Positions 62,761 through 64,000 of a stretch of 64,000 nucleotides of DNA are shown here, in pieces. The stretch is from assembly GCF_009914755.1 (NCBI RefSeq), contig NC_060932.1, one strand, 5' to 3'. How positions within the stretch are numbered: position 1 is the first letter of the stretch; the number at the start of each line of letters is the position of its first letter. Source of the DNA: the human T2T-CHM13v2.0 reference genome, Homo sapiens. The position numbers were made by a program, and so were the translations under genes. The notes under the pieces were generated by a model, which did not search any database, was not told where the DNA came from, and saw only the letters and a program-made list of their open reading frames with translations.

Positions 62761-63076
62761 ACAGTGTGCATGAACATTTCTTGAATCTTGATTACAAAAT
62801 TACAAGTTAAACTTTGTGTAAACAAAATTTTCTTTTAACATGTATTAAGTTTGAATATAGGAAAATTGTGCTTGACATTTTTCTTAAATTGTGTGCTCCA
62901 GGTTATGCTGATCCGATTTGTAATCAGATAGAATTGAGAGAAGTGACCTATGTTACCTTACAGTTGCCTGTATACGTCCTGAATAGTAAATGTAGAAAAG
63001 CTTTGCTGTGGGGAAAGAAAAGAGCCACTGTCCAAAATCATGGATGAATTCTCTCCTGCAATTAAGAAAGTGATGG

Positions 63077-63840
63077 GCCATCGGAGAAATGCAAATCAAA
63101 ACCACAGTGAGATACCATCTCACACCAGTTAGAATGGCTATCATTAAAACGTCAGGAAACAATAGATGCTGGAGAGGATGTGGAGAAATAGGAACACTTT
63201 TACACTGTTGGTGGGACTGTAAACTAGTTCAACCATTGTGGAAGACAGTGTGGTGATTCCTCAAAGATCTAGAACTAGAAATTCCATGTGACCCAGCCAT
63301 CCCATTACTGGGTCACCAAAAGGATTATAAATCATGTCGCTTTAAAGACACATGCACACGTATATTTATCGCGGCACTATTCACAATAGCAAACACTTGG
63401 AACCAACCGAAATGTCCAACAATGATAGACTGGATTAAGAAAATGTGGCATATATACACCATGGAATACTATGCAGCCATAAAAAAACGATGAGTTCATG
63501 TCCTTTCTAGGGACATGGATGAAGCTGGAAACCATCATTCTGAGCAAACTATCGCAAGGACAGAAAACCAAACACTGCATGTTCTCACTCATAGGTGGGA
63601 ATTGAACAATGAGAACACGTGGACACAGGAAGGGGAACATCACACACCGGGGCCTGTCGTGGGGTTGGGGGAGTGGGGAGGGATAGCATTAGGAGATATA
63701 CCTAATGTAAATGACGAGTTAATGGGTGCAGCACAGCAAGATGGCACATGGATACATATGTAACAAACCTGCACGTTGCGCACATGTACCCTAGAACTTA
63801 AAAGTATAATTTAAAAATAAATAAATAAATAAATAAATAA
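63077..63840 (+). mobile_element. 5'-truncated L1PA (PA4/5-like) with (TAAA)n tail
   Basis: gaaatgcaaatcaaaaccac...gggatagcattaggagatatacctaatgtaaatgacgagttaatgggtgcagcac. Confidence 0.96.
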
Positions 63841-64000
63841 AGGGCGAGCCAAGGAAACTTCCCACCCGTCTGGCCCTGAGCAGTGACTTCAACCTCTGTG
63901 CTATTTCACCTGCAATCTTCTCCTGCGAATGGCATTTTCTCCCGTTTTGTTGTTTTTGTTTCCTGATGGTAATTTATTTTTCTTTTAGACAAACTACAAG

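Overview
Primate (very likely human) non-coding genomic DNA, either intergenic or deep intronic. I found no credible protein-coding exon, tRNA or rRNA gene. The recognisable ORFs in the track derive from Alu, L1, LTR or simple-repeat sequence; the only real protein remnant is a disrupted L1 ORF2 (RT region) at ~26.8-28.0 kb. The window holds ~45 Alu/FLAM/FRAM copies, L1PA/PB/MA/MB/ME fragments, L2/MIR/CR1 relics, MaLR/ERVL/ERV1 solo LTRs, a truncated CpG-rich LTR12, DNA transposons (MER2, MER53, Charlie1, MADE1) and long GGAA, GATA, CA and GAAA microsatellites. Repeat subfamily names are from recalled consensus motifs and need RepeatMasker confirmation. The most unusual signal is structural: four separate sites where short tracts were copied from 0.9-3.1 kb away. 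The most complex splits an Alu with a polyadenylated mRNA-3'UTR-like fragment fused to two locally templated patches. Also notable: a small TSD-flanked retrocopy of an LTR-terminated RNA, a truncated AluYa5-like insertion, a trimeric Alu, a miR-548-like MADE1 hairpin and a CpG-preserved zone around the LTR12. I do not see evidence for a new gene system.
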